Assembly (NCBI GenBank): GCA_963752475.1
Contig: CAVVYR010000006.1
Coordinates: 352,001-416,000 of the forward strand
Length of the DNA stretch: 64,000 nucleotides
From: an uncultured Chloroflexia bacterium
Lineage (GTDB): Bacteria; Chloroflexota; Limnocylindria; Limnocylindrales; CSP1-4
Direction: 5' to 3'
In this document: one piece after another, positions 8,782-20,437 of the stretch
Layout of the letters: every line of letters starts with the position of its first letter
Position numbering within the stretch: the stretch's first letter is position 1
Position numbers and translations under genes: made by a program
Notes under the pieces: model-generated
Databases searched by the model: none
What the model was told of the DNA's origin: nothing
What the model saw: the letters and a program-made list of their open reading frames with translations, nothing else

Positions 8782-9553
8782 CCTGAGCGGGCTGTTCTCG
8801 CTGGCCGGCAGGGGCGCCATCGTCACCGGTGGTGGCTCGGGCCTGGGCCTGGCCATGGCCGAGGCCTTCGCCCAGTACGGCGCGGCCGTGGCGGTCGTCG
8901 ACCTCGACGAGGCCGCCGCGAGCGAGGTGGCGCGTGACATCGAGGCTGCCGGCGGACGAGCCGTCGCGATCGGCTGTGATGTGGCCGACCACGCGCAGGT
9001 GGACGCGGCCGTGGCCGCGGCAGTGGCCGCCTTGGGTGACATCCACGTGCTCGCGGCCAACGCCGGGGTCGGCGACCGCGCACCGGCCGTGGAGATGACC
9101 CTCGAGCAGTGGCAGCGGGTGCTCGACATCAACCTCTCCGGCGCCTGGTACTTCGACCAGGCTGTGGGCCGTCACATGATCGAGCGCGGCGTCGCCGGCT
9201 CCATCATCAATACCTCTTCGATCACCAGCCTCGTGGGTATCACCACCGGCAACGCCAACTACGCCGCTACCAAGGGCGGGCTCAACGCGCTCACGCGCAC
9301 GCTGGCCATCGAGTGGGCAGGCCATGGCATCCGCGTCAACGCCATCGCTCCCACGCACGTCAAGACCGCGCTCATCGAACAGAAGATGGCCGAGGATCCG
9401 GCCCTCGCGGACTTCTTCCTGGGCAACATCCCGCTCGGCCGACTGGGTGAGCCGGAGGACATCGCGGCTGCCGCCATCTACCTCGCCTCTGACGCTGGCG
9501 CGCTCGTCACCGGGCATGTGCTGGTCGTCGACGGCGGCCACACCGCGCGATGA
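8768..9553 (+). CDS. SDR-family oxidoreductase (gluconate 5-dehydrogenase/KduD-like)
   Basis: TGGGSGLG, NAG, YAATK, VDGG. Confidence 0.92.
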   Translation: MKTRDLSGLFSLAGRGAIVTGGGSGLGLAMAEAFAQYGAAVAVVDLDEAAASEVARDIEAAGGRAVAIGCDVADHAQVDAAVAAAVAALGDIHVLAANAGVGDRAPAVEMTLEQWQRVLDINLSGAWYFDQAVGRHMIERGVAGSIINTSSITSLVGITTGNANYAATKGGLNALTRTLAIEWAGHGIRVNAIAPTHVKTALIEQKMAEDPALADFFLGNIPLGRLGEPEDIAAAAIYLASDAGALVTGHVLVVDGGHTAR

Positions 9554-10589
9554 ACGGCCCCGACATGGTTCGGGCGCTGCACATCACGGGGCCGGACCGC
9601 TTCGGCATCGTCGAGAAGGTGCGACCCGAGCCTGGTCCCGGGTGCAGCCTCGCCGCGCCTGCCTATGTCGGCCTCTGTGGCACCGACCTCGACCTCTTCG
9701 ATGGCTCCATGCCCTACTTCGCCGAGGGCGTGGCCACCTATCCGATGCAGCCCGGACACGAGTGGTCGGGCAGGCTGCTCGAGGCCGAACGATGAACTGG
9801 CGGCGGGTACGCGCATCATCCTCGACGCGGTCATCGACTGCGGCCGGCCTGACTGCGAGCTGTGCACGGCCGGCCTGGTGGTGCGCTGCCAGGAGCGCTT
9901 CGAGTTCGGCGTGCGCAAGGGCCTCGACGGCGCCCTGGCCACGGTCGGTCTCGGCACCCGATCGCTACATGCTGCCGGTGCCCCAGGGCGTTCGTCTCCG
10001 CGATGCTGCCTTGGTCGAGCCGATGGTGACCACGCTCGAGGGCATCAAGCGGACGGCGCCGGTGCCGGGCGAAGAGGTGCTCATCGTGGGCTCGGCCACG
10101 CTCGGCCTGGCCGGCGCCATGATCCTCGCCGCACGCGGCATCCGCACACACGTGCTGCTGCGCAACGAGACACGCACCGAGACGGTGGAGGCGACCGGCG
10201 CGATCCCCTGGCTTATCGGCACGCGCGCCGCCGTGGCGCGGTTCGACGTCGTCCTCGAGGCGGCCGGCACACCGTCGGGGGTCCAGGCGGCCCTGTCATA
10301 CGCCGCGGCCGGGGCGCGGGTGGCGCTGCTGGGCGTGCCCACGGAACCGGTACCCATCGATATCGGCAACCTCGTCATCCACGACATCACCGCCCAGGGC
10401 GTGCTCAACGGGCCCGGCCAGTACCCCCACGGCCTGGCCGCGATCGCCTCGGGCGAGGTCAAGCCAGAGCTGCTCATCGACCGGGTCTTCCCCTTCGATG
10501 AGATCGAGGCCGCCGTCGCACGCTCGCGAGAGCCCGGCCGTGCTCGGCCCAAGGTCCTCGTACAGGTCGACCCCGAGGCGCCAGAGTAG
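9550..10589 (+). CDS. Zn-dependent alcohol/polyol dehydrogenase (two apparent frameshifts)
   Basis: GLCGTD and PGHEWSG, C..C..C..C Zn loop and LVEP lie in three successive frames. Confidence 0.8.
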
Positions 10590-10618
10590 CCAGAGCGGAC
10601 GTCAATCCCAAGGAGGCC

Positions 10619-11893
10619 ATGCACGTGAGCGACCACTACTTCGAGCGGGTCCGCGCCGAGACCGGCGGCCGTTTCTGGGTCAACAACCCCACGAGCGAGG
10701 AGATGGACCTGGCACTGGCCTCCGGGGCCATGGGTTGCACGACCAACCCCGGCTACGGCGGCAACCTCGTGCAACGGGTACCTGAGGAGGTCCTGCCCGT
10801 GGTGCGCGCGTGCCTGGCCGAGTCGGACGACGACGAGGTCGTGGCCGAGCTCGTGCAGGAGCAGCTCATCGGGCGCATCTGCGAGCGCTTCGCGCGCCTG
10901 TACGAAACGAGCGAAGGCCGGGAGGGCTTCGTCTCCATCCAGGGTGCCCCAGAGCGAGACACCGAGGCCTCGAACATCATCGAGGCCAGCCGTCGCGCCC
11001 GCGCCATCGCGCCCAACGCCACACCCAAGATCCCGGCCACGCTACCGGGGTTCGAGGCGTTCGAGGAGAACGTGCGGGCCGGTCGGCAGTCCATCGCGAC
11101 CGAGGTCTTCAGCGTGGCCCAGGTCATCGAGACCTGCGAGCGCTACCTCGCGGTGACTGCCGAGACCGGGGTGCGCCCGCCCTTCTTCATGAGCCCCATC
11201 ACCGGCATCCTCGGCGACCACTTCAAGAAGCTCGCGGCACGTGACGGGCTGGACGTGCCCGTCGAAGCCATGGAGGCGGCCGGCGTCATCGTGGCACGGG
11301 CCTGCTACGCGGTGGTGCGCGAGCGTGAGTACCCCGTGACCCTGCTCTACGGCGGTGCGCGCACCGAGCTCGATTTCGCCGGCCTCATCGGTGGCGGCAT
11401 GGCCGCGACCATCAACTGGTCGACCGCCTCCGAGCTCATCGAGCACGACCCGCCTGCCCGTATGAGCGTCACCGATGCGCCCGATCCCGAGGTCGTGCAG
11501 GTGCTGACCGAGGCCTTCGACGAGATGCGTCAGGCGCTCGATCCCGGCGGTCTGCCGCCCGAGGACTTCGAGGAGTTCGGCCCGGTCCTGCACTTCCGCG
11601 ACGCCTTCATCGATGGCTGGAACGGCGTGCGCGCGATGATCGGTGACGTGCGTGCCGGGAGGTACGACGAAGCGAGCGTAGAAGTTGACACGGAGGCTAC
11701 CGGTATGGTGGTATGCCACCGGACCACTAGCAGATGCCGGCGTCGAGGGACCGCCGGAGGGAGTATCGGCGAGGAGGAGTCGTGGGGGAACACGTGCGCG
11801 ACCGCGGCCGCCAGGAGGGCCAGCGACGTCCGCGATTGCTTGCCCACGCGCTGCGCAGTCGAGAGGAGGGCAGTGCTACCTGACCGACCCTGA
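10619..11893 (+). CDS. Transaldolase-family protein (true stop probably near 11680)
   Basis: GCTTNP, GFVSIQ, KIPAT catalytic Lys; tail looks like read-through into intergenic DNA. Confidence 0.8.
   Translation: MHVSDHYFERVRAETGGRFWVNNPTSEEMDLALASGAMGCTTNPGYGGNLVQRVPEEVLPVVRACLAESDDDEVVAELVQEQLIGRICERFARLYETSEGREGFVSIQGAPERDTEASNIIEASRRARAIAPNATPKIPATLPGFEAFEENVRAGRQSIATEVFSVAQVIETCERYLAVTAETGVRPPFFMSPITGILGDHFKKLAARDGLDVPVEAMEAAGVIVARACYAVVREREYPVTLLYGGARTELDFAGLIGGGMAATINWSTASELIEHDPPARMSVTDAPDPEVVQVLTEAFDEMRQALDPGGLPPEDFEEFGPVLHFRDAFIDGWNGVRAMIGDVRAGRYDEASVEVDTEATGMVVCHRTTSRCRRRGTAGGSIGEEESWGNTCATAAARRASDVRDCLPTRCAVERRAVLPDRP
11707..11720. promoter_or_regulatory. Candidate FadR-type operator GGTGGTATGCCACC, with TTGACA at 11685-11690
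   Basis: Near-palindrome upstream of an ABC operon that contains a FadR-type regulator. Confidence 0.4.
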
Positions 11894-11985
11894 GGAGACG
11901 AGCTGAGGGAGCAGCGCGCTCCACTCGAGAGGGCCGCGATGACGGCCCACGTGACGAATCGCGCCAGGGAGGGCGCAGAAAGGAC

Positions 11986-13055
11986 GTGAAGGACTTGAGG
12001 AAGACATTCGCGATCGCGGCATCGACCGCATTGATCGTCGGCGCATTCGGCGCCGCACCCGCGGTAGCTCAGGACGAGGAGGTCGTCATCGGCTACTCGG
12101 CTCCGGGCCTCGTCGGTGCCCAGTTGCAGATCCAGCAGGGTCTCGTCAACGGCGCCGAGGCCAAGGGCTGGACGGTGCTGACCACCACGTCGGACGGCGA
12201 TGCGCAGAAGCAGCTCGAACGACATCAACGACTACATCGCGCAGGGCGTGGACGCCATCGTGGCCGTTCCCGACGATAGCGCCGGCATCTGCGTGGCAGT
12301 CCAGAACGCCAAGGACCAGGGCATCCCGTTCTACACCATCGATCGCGTCGCCATCCGGCTGCGAGATCAACATGACCGTGCTCAGCGACAACTACCTGGC
12401 CGGTCAGCAGTCGGGTGAGGCTGTGGTGGCCTACCTGACCGAGAAGTACGGCGAGCCCACGGGCACCGTGCTCGAGATCACCGGCAACATGGCCCAGAAC
12501 GTGGCCCAGCTGCGCGGTGGTGGCTTCCAGGAGGTCGTGAGCGCCAACGAGGGCATCGATCTCATCACCCAGATCGGCGACTGGGAGGCCGACAAGGGCG
12601 TGGACATCGTTCGTGACCTCGCCTCTGCCGAGGATCTCGACGCCATCTACTTCCACTCGGACTGCGTCTACACGCCGGGCACCCTCCAGGTGCTCGACGA
12701 GATCGGCAAGCTCGTGCCGCGTGGCGAGGATGGCCACATCTTCCTGGCCGGTGTCGACGCCTGCCTGCAGGCGCTGGACGCCATCCGCGCCGGCTACTCG
12801 GACCAGGCTTCCAACCAGCCGATCCCCGACTTCGGTGTCTCGCGGCCGACTTCATCGAGAAGGAGCTCGCGGGCGAGGTCATCGAGGAAGGCGAAGTCGG
12901 TGTCAGAGGGCGCCCTCTGGTCGCCAGCTCGTATCGAGATGAGCGATGTCGGTCCGCAGCTGTTCCTGTCCACCAGCTCGGTGGGCCCGGACAACGTCGA
13001 TGACGAGCGTCTGTGGGGCAACATCGAGGCCGCCATGGCGGCCGAGGGCGAGTAG
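11986..13055 (+). CDS. Sugar ABC transporter substrate-binding protein (RbsB-like; frameshifted)
   Basis: Signal peptide AVAQD, GVDAIVAVP, SDNYLAG, LRGGGF across frames. Confidence 0.85.
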
Positions 13056-13098
13056 CCCGACGGCACTCACCTAGTGACCAAGTGAGATAGACGCGAGC

Positions 13099-13128
13099 TG
13101 GGGCGCCTCGCTCGAACGGGGCGCCCCA
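13099..13128 (+). terminator. GC stem-loop after the SBP gene (mRNA stabiliser or weak terminator)
   Basis: TGGGGCGCCTCG...CGGGGCGCCCCA inverted repeat, no U tract. Confidence 0.5.
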
Positions 13129-13158
13129 CCGCACCACGGCTGGCGGGGTAGGCAGGCG

Positions 13159-14699
13159 ATGGCAGAGGTCAACGGCGGCAAGGTCGTCGAGATGACCAAC
13201 ATCATCAAGACGTTCCCGGGCGTGAAGGCTCTCAACGATGTCTCGTTTCGACGTACGCCAGGGTGAGATCCACGCGCTGGTGGGCAAGAACGGCGCGGGC
13301 AAGTCCACGCTCATGAGCATCCTCACGGGCCTCTATCCGCCCAATTCGGGGACCATCCGCGTGCGCGGTGAGGTCATCGACCACATGAGTACGTCGCTGA
13401 GCCAGGAGGCGGGCATCTCGATCGTGGCGCAGCACGCGCGCTTCGTGCCTGGCCTGTCGGTGGCCGAAAACCTGTTCATGGGCCAGATGCCAACGGTTCG
13501 GGGCGGCTTCGTCGACTGGCGCATGCTGCGCAAGGATGCCAGCGAGCGCCTCGAGCGCCTGGGGCTCGATATCGACGTCAAGAAGCGCATGGAGCAGATG
13601 ACCGTCGCCGAGCGCCAGCTCATCGAGATCGCACGGGCGCTCTTCGCCGACGCCAGCGTGATCATCCTCGATGAGCCCACGGCCCCGTTGCCCAAGCACG
13701 AAGTGGCCATGCTCTTCGACTTCGTGCGGCGCCAGCGTGAGGCCGGCGCTTCGTTCATCTATATCAGCCACTACCTCGAAGAGGTCTTCGAGATCGCTGA
13801 CCGCGTCACGGTCCTGCGCAACGGCGCCGAGGTCGACACCGTCGACGTCTCTGAGCTGACCCAGGCCGACCTCATCCACATGATCTCGCGGCGAGAACGT
13901 ACAGCGCTTCGTGCGGCCGCGCCGCGAGTCCGTCGGCGAGCCGGTGCTGCAGATCAAGGGCCTGACTCGGAAGCGCGCCTACGACGGACGTCGAGCTCAC
14001 GCTGCACGCGGGCGAGGTCGTGGGCCTGACCGGCCTCGAGGGCAGTGGCCCCGGCGAGCTGGCGCGCGGCCTCTACGCGCTCGAGGCGTTGGGTGAGGGT
14101 GAGGTCACGTTGGACGGCAAGGCATTCCACCCCAGCCACCCCAGCCATGCCCTTGAGGACGGGCTCGCATACCTGCCGCGTGACCGCCACGGGCTCGGCA
14201 TCGTGGCCATCCGCAGCGTCAGCAACAACATCACGATGTCGGTCATCGGGCGCCTGACTCGTCGGCTGGGCCTCATCGACGGAGGACGCGAGAGAGGGCT
14301 CGTCGGTACGTTTTCATCGACAAGCTGGGCATCAAGACGCCCAGCCCCAAGACCTTCGTCGAGAACCTCAGTGGCGGCAACCAGCAGAAGGTGGTGGTGG
14401 CCAAGCTGGCCGCGACCGAACCGAAGGTGCTACTGCTCGACGAGCCCACGCAGGGCGTCGACGTGCAAGCCAAGGTGGAGATCCTGCGCATCGTGGATCA
14501 GCTCACCGAGGACGGCGTGGCCGTGGCCATCGTCTCCGACGAGCTGCTCGAGCTGATCGACACATGCGACCGGATCGTCGTCTTCTATCGCGGGCAGATC
14601 GCCCGTGAGTTCATCAAGGGCACGGACGAGATGACGCCAGCGACCATCCTGGCGGCCATCGAGGGTGGCGCAGGGGAGGCCGCACATGCAATGGCGTAA
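13159..14699 (+). CDS. Sugar ABC transporter ATP-binding protein (RbsA-like; frameshifted)
   Basis: GKNGAGKST, LDEPT twice, LSGGNQQKV. Confidence 0.88.
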
Positions 14700-15766
14700 G
14701 TACGCACCCAGGATCCTGGACAACCTGATCTGGTTCATCCTGGTCGGCGTCTTCATCTTCTTCGTCCTCGGGACGGACAAGTTCCTTACGCCGTTCAACA
14801 TCGTCAACATCCTCAGCGCCGCGGCCGTGCTCGGCATCGTCGTCGTGGGCCAGACCTTCGTGCTCATCACGGGCAACTTCGACCTGAGCCAGGAGTCGAC
14901 CATGGGTCTGGGAGCCCTGGTCGGGCTGTGGATCATCGTGCCCGCGGCGGCGCCCTACTTCGGTGGCGGACTGGGGGTCCCGCCGATCCTGTCGATCGTG
15001 ATCATCCTGGCCATGGGCGTGGGCATCGGCGCATTGATCGGCTCGCTCATCACCTATGGGCGCATGAACAACTTCATCGTGACCCTGGCCATGCTGCTGA
15101 TCCTGCGTGGCCTGATGCTGTACTTCACCAAGGGCAACAGCGTCAACGCCATCAACTACGAAGGCAGCGACGTCTTCTACTGGCTGGGTCACGAGACCTT
15201 CTCGATGCCCTGGCTGGGCAACGTGCCGGTGGCTGTGCCGGCCATGCTCCTCGTCTTCCTGGTCGCGCACATCGTGCTCACGTATCGCAAGTTCGGCCGC
15301 GATATCTACGCCGTCGGCGGCAACAAGACGGCCGCCATCGCCTCGGGTATCGATGCCGACAAGCGTGTACGGCAGGTCTACATGATCAGCGGCTTCCTGG
15401 CTGCTCTCGCTGGCATCGTGCTGGCCGGACGTGTGGCCTCGGTGCAGGTCAACCTCGGCGACGGCTACATCTTCACCGTCTTCGCAGCGGCAGTCATCGG
15501 CGGTGTCAGCCTCCAGGGCGGGCGCGGCGCGATGATCGGCGTGCTCGGCGGCGTGCTGCTGCTCTCGACCATCGACCGTGGCCTCAACCTGATGCGCGTG
15601 GAGGTCTTCCTGCAGCAGGTGGTGCAGGGCCTGATCATCCTCTTCGCCATGTTCATCGATGCCCAGCGGGTGCGCTTCCGCGCGCCGGTGGCGGATGACC
15701 AGCCGAACGGCGGACGAAACCGCTCCGGCTGCGCCAGCTTCGAACGGAGGTGGCACCACGCCGTGA
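14686..15766 (+). CDS. Sugar ABC transporter permease (RbsC-like; 3' end approximate)
   Basis: GNFDLS, FIVTL, GRDIYAVGGN, AAVIGGVSLQGGRG. Confidence 0.88.
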
Positions 15767-16489
15767 CCGCTGAGCGGCTGGTCTCGCAGCTGACGCGCGA
15801 AGCCACTCTGGCCCAGCGCGTCGAGCGGGAGCTGGAGCGTCTATCTCGAGAGCCGTCTGGGCGAGGGCGATCGCTTGCCATCAGAACGGGAGCTGGCGAC
15901 ACAGTTCGGGGTCAGCCGCACCGTGGTGCGCGAAGCCGTGCGGGCGCTCGCGGCCAGGCAGCTGGTCGACGTCAGCGTGGGCCGAGGGACTGTGGTGCGA
16001 GCGCCTACGCCGCAGTCGGCTGCCGAATCGATGAAGCTGCTGCTTCAGATGCAGTCGCGATACCAGCCGCGTGGAGCATGTCAGCGAGGTCCGCCATTTC
16101 ATCGAGAACGAGATCGCGGCCTGGCCGCCGAGCGCCGCACGGAGGCGGACCTCGTGGAACTCGAGGCGGTGCTGGACGAGACCCGGCGCCATCTCGACGA
16201 ACCGGACATCTACATCAAGAGCGACGTAGCGTGGCACGCGGCACTGGCGCGCGCCACGCAGAACCCGTTGTTCGTGATCATCTCGACTCGCTCGTGGAGA
16301 TCATGATCGAGGTGCGCTTGCTGGGCCTGCGCATCCCAGGCATCCCGGCTGTCGCGCTCGCACCACCACGAGCGCGTCCTGAAGGCTGTACGCGCCGGTG
16401 ATCCCGACGCGGCCCGGCGCGAGATGGACGCGCACATGGACCAGTCGGCCAACACCCTGCGGGAAGCCATCATGAACGACGAAGGGTGA
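15763..16489 (+). CDS. FadR/GntR-family regulator (frameshifted)
   Basis: LPSERELATQFGVSRTVVREA, DVAWH..LARATQNP, AHM. Confidence 0.8.
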
Positions 16490-17910
16490 GCGTCCTCGCC
16501 ATCGACATCGGCTCCTCGCGCATCAAGGCGGTGCTGGCCAGCTGGGACGGTCCGACTAAGTCGAAGTGCGCAGACGCGGCGACGCCCCACCAGTCGCTGG
16601 AGCCAGGCGAGCGCTCGTATCCCGCTTCCGCGCCGTCGCCGATACCGTCGAAGGCGCTCGTCGCCGGACTCGCCTCGAACCAACAGCAGGATGCGCGTCG
16701 ACACGCTCGTCTTCGCCTGCCTGGGTACGGCCATGGCCCGCTGGACCGCGCAGGGCTCGCCCCTGGGTCCGGCTCTGGCGCCGGCCGACCTGCGGCCGCA
16801 GGCGTGACCCGTGGCCTGTCGACGAGCTGGCGACATGGACGCGGCCGAGCTCGCCTGGCGTACCGGCTCCGACCCGGCGGTGGCTTCGTTCCTGCTGCAT
16901 GCCCTGTGGTGGCAGCCGCGAGCATCCCGCGGGTGGTGGAGCGCGCGCATCGCTTCCGCTCGCTGCGCGGCTACGCCCTGGCGCGATCTGCGTGACGTCG
17001 ACGCCGAGGATCGCGCCTGGGCTTCGCGCACGATGCTGGTGGATCTCGAGACCGGCACTGGGACGCAGGCATCCTGGCCGCGGCCGGCCTGCCGACGACG
17101 TGCTGCCCGCCGCTCGAGCCGCCGACCGACGACGTTCCCGCTGTCGCAGGCCGCGCCATCGAGCGACTGGGCCTGGCTCCCGGGGCGGTGGCCGTGCTCG
17201 GCGGCCATGGACAACGGCTGCTCGCTGCTCGGCGCCGACGGGCCGGAGCGCTCGGGGCTGGTCAACATCGTCGGCACCTACGAGCACATGGCCGGTGCCG
17301 CCTACCTTGCCGAGGTCCGCGGCGTCGCCGATGCGACCGGCAGCGATCGTGCATGCGTACGTGCTCCCGGGTCGAGTACATCAGCCATGACGACGCGTGC
17401 CCATCGGCGTACCTGCTTGCGTCGGGCCGCCGCCGGCGACAGGCGCGGGCTCGACGAGCTGCTCGAGCGGCATCCCGGCCGAACCGCGGGGACGCGCGCG
17501 TGGCCCTCGACGACGAGGCGGTCGACGAGGCCCTCGACGTCGGGCCGGGAGCCCACGGACGTGCTGCGAGACCTGGTCGAGGCTGCGCGTCGACGATGCT
17601 CGTGCGCGTTCGCCGACGCCTGGACGGGCCTGGGTCGTCCGGGTCGAGCCCGATCGCGGTCGTCGGTGGTGGCGCACGCCACGAGAGCAGTGCTGCGGCT
17701 GAAGGCCACCTGCCTGCGACGTCGGCTCAGCGTGCTGACATCGAGCGAGAGGGCGCGGCCGTGGGAGCCCTGCGCCTGGCGGCTATGGCCGTCCGTGGGC
17801 GCCACGCTCGACGAGGCCTGCGCGGCTCTTCGAGAACGCGATCACGCCGCGCCTTCGAGCCACGCGACCGGCCGAGCGACCTCCGACCACGGGGGTGCCG
17901 CAGCACATGA
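16486..17910 (+). CDS. FGGY-family carbohydrate kinase (heavily frameshifted)
   Basis: N-terminal LAIDIGSSRIKA; fragments ASRTML, DNGCSLLG, VGT, VVGGGA, GAAVGA. Confidence 0.7.
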
Positions 17911-18546
17911 ACGAGCGACGCTACGAGGCGGCCCGGACCCTGCTCGCACGGGTCGCCGGCCTGCTGTACGACCGTCGCTTGACCGAGCTGCGCGGTGGCA
18001 ACATGAGCCTGCGTTTCGGGGACGCCGTGGTGATGACGCCGACCAAGGCCTCGGAGAACCGCGGGTGGCGTCTGCGACGCGGAAGACATGCTGGTGCAGG
18101 ACCTCGATGGCGAGATGCTGGTCGGCGAAGCCGGCCATGCATCTCGCGGGAGATCCGCATCCACACGCGGCTGTATCGCGCCTTCCCGGATGTCGGGCTG
18201 CGTCTTCCATCTGCACCTGCCAGAGGCGCATCGCGGCCGCGGTCGGCGCGCTGGGAGCCGGGCGTGGTGGCCGACACGACCGAGCCGTACGGCGCGGCTG
18301 TGGTCGTGCTCGAGCGCGGACCTGCGAGCCCAGACCGAGCCGCATGATGCGCGCGCGGTGGAGCTGCTGGGCCAGGTCGCAGCGCGAGGACGGCGCCATC
18401 GCCATCGGCTCGATGCACGGCACCTTCGGCGTCGCGCGCGACCTGCCCACGAACATGCGCGCGGCCGATGTCTTCCGTCAGCGGCTGGAGCTCGCACGAC
18501 TGCGCGCTGCGCCTGCGCGGCGCCCGCGACCGGAGGCGTCGCATGA
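17907..18546 (+). CDS. Class II aldolase/adducin-family protein (frameshifted)
   Basis: GGNMSLR, MTPT, SREIRIH..LY, FHLH, HG motifs. Confidence 0.75.
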
Positions 18547-19136
18547 CCACCACGGCGCAGGCGCCGGGAGACCGCTGGCGGCCATCTTCGGCCGGCTGTT
18601 CGAGAACGAGTTCGCCACGCTCGACGGCATCGCCATCAGCTGCCGCAGCGAGCGACGGGCTCTCGACTACGCTCGACGGCACCGACTGGGCTGCGCCTGT
18701 GGCTCGGACGACGGCAGTCAGCTGCGCTGGAGGCCGGCAGAGGACACCGCTGCAGCTACGCCCTCCACGAAGCCTGCTGGCGGCGATGCCGGAGCACGAG
18801 CCGTCATAGCGGCTGGTCGCGCCACCTGCGGGCCTGCTGCTCGAGGGCTTCGCGCCACCGCCGGTCACCAGCATGCTGCGCAACCGGACGTGCGCGACAT
18901 CGCGGCACCACCTCGGTGCGACCGGACGAACTGACGGGGCCGCGCTTGAGGAGACGATCGCACAGGGCACGCTATGGCCGAGCGCACGGCATGCGGCATC
19001 CGCTGATGGTCTCGGAGGACGGGATCGACGTGGTCTCGGAAGCTCCGCCGTCCGAGGCCATGGCGCCCTGGCACGACATCGAGCTGGCCGCGGGTGTCGA
19101 GTGCATGCGGGTCGAAGAGGCCACACTAGAGACTAG
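18543..19136 (+). CDS. Hypothetical protein, possibly a degenerate class II aldolase paralog (frameshifted)
   Basis: ATGA-coupled start with GGAGG RBS; N-terminal pattern resembles the preceding gene. Confidence 0.4.
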
Positions 19137-19148
19137 GGAGGTCGAGAG

Positions 19149-20024
19149 ATGGTGACCGGATGGGAGATCGCAGTCGAAGCTGCCGACCTGATCGGCGAGG
19201 GCCCCGCTTGGGAGGCATCCCGGGCGTCGCTGCTGTGGACCGACATCGCCGGGCGGCGGATCCACCGGCTCGACCCGGCCAGCGGTGAGGTCTGGACTCG
19301 CGGACTCGACCAGATGGCAGGGGCCGTGTTGCCGCGTGCGCGCGGCGGGTTGGCCCTTTGCCTGCAGGACGGTGTCTACCTCACCGACGACGACGAGGGG
19401 GAGCCACGCCTGCTCGCGCCGATCGAGCCCGACGACGAGACCACGCGCCTGAACGACGTCAAGACCGACCGGGCGGGACGCCTGTGGGGCGGCACCATGG
19501 CCCTCGATGCCCGCGCCGGCGCGGGCGCCTTCTACCGCATCACCGCGGACGGCCAGGTCACGGTCATCGCCAGCCCTGTGACCATCTCCAACGGCCTCGA
19601 GTGGAGCCCCGACGGCTCGCTCATGTACTACATCGACACCGCCACGCAGCGCATGGACGTGTTCGACTTCGACCTCGAGGCAGGGCACGCCAGTGGCCGT
19701 CGGCCGTTCATCCACTTCGAAGCTTCCTTCGGGATCCCCGACGGCATGACCATCGACGCCGAGGGCTATCTCTGGGTGGCCTTCTACGACGGCTGGGCGG
19801 TTCGCCGCTTCAGTCCCCAGGGCGCCCTGGACCGCACCGTCGAGCTGCCGGCCGCGCGCACCACCAGCTGCTGCTTCGGGGGCGCCGACCTCGAGCAGCT
19901 CTATGTCACCAGCGCACGCGACGGGCTCAGCCGCAGCCAGCTCGCTGAGCAACCGCACGCCGGCGCCCTCTTCGTCATCGAGCCCGGTGTCGCCGGGTTG
20001 CCCATCACACCCTTCGCCGGCTGA
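19149..20024 (+). CDS. SMP-30/gluconolactonase/LRE-family sugar lactonase
   Basis: GEGPAW, RLND, SNGLEWSPDG, PDGMTIDAEG. Confidence 0.93.
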   Translation: MVTGWEIAVEAADLIGEGPAWEASRASLLWTDIAGRRIHRLDPASGEVWTRGLDQMAGAVLPRARGGLALCLQDGVYLTDDDEGEPRLLAPIEPDDETTRLNDVKTDRAGRLWGGTMALDARAGAGAFYRITADGQVTVIASPVTISNGLEWSPDGSLMYYIDTATQRMDVFDFDLEAGHASGRRPFIHFEASFGIPDGMTIDAEGYLWVAFYDGWAVRRFSPQGALDRTVELPAARTTSCCFGGADLEQLYVTSARDGLSRSQLAEQPHAGALFVIEPGVAGLPITPFAG

Positions 20025-20050
20025 CCGGCGACCACACCAGAGAGGACAGC

Positions 20051-20437
20051 GTGAGGACCGTCAAGCACGCCGAGACACCGATCGATCCGCTGCCCGGTCG
20101 CGGCATCCGGCGCTTCGTCGGGCGCGACTCCGCGCTCGACAGCGAGGAGATGACCGTGGGCACGGCGCTCTACGCCGATGAGTTCGGACCCATGGCGCCG
20201 CACAACCACGCCGAGGAGACGATCTTCGTCCTCGAAGCGGAGCGGGCCTGGGTTCGTTGGGGCCCAACGGCCGACGATCTGCCCAACCGCATCGATCTGG
20301 AGCCGGGCGTGGTCGTCAACACGCCGGCCATGGAGTGGCACGTCTTCGAGTGGGAGCCCGGCGGACACATCGAGCTGCTCTTCGTCTACGGCCAGGTCGA
20401 CGACATCCGCCCTGAAGACATGGAGAAGGACGCATGA
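20051..20437 (+). CDS. Cupin-domain protein
   Basis: PHNHAEET...P..EWH cupin motif. Confidence 0.8.
   Translation: MRTVKHAETPIDPLPGRGIRRFVGRDSALDSEEMTVGTALYADEFGPMAPHNHAEETIFVLEAERAWVRWGPTADDLPNRIDLEPGVVVNTPAMEWHVFEWEPGGHIELLFVYGQVDDIRPEDMEKDA

Noticed and set aside
11680-11893. C-terminal extension of the transaldolase
   Set aside because: The composition is non-coding-like and includes promoter/operator-like elements; probably read-through.
9700-19140. Mass pseudogenisation or programmed frameshifting of the sugar cluster
   Set aside because: Dense single-base indels, worst around 16-19 kb, with motifs otherwise intact; best explained by low-coverage long-read error. Cannot be excluded without reads.
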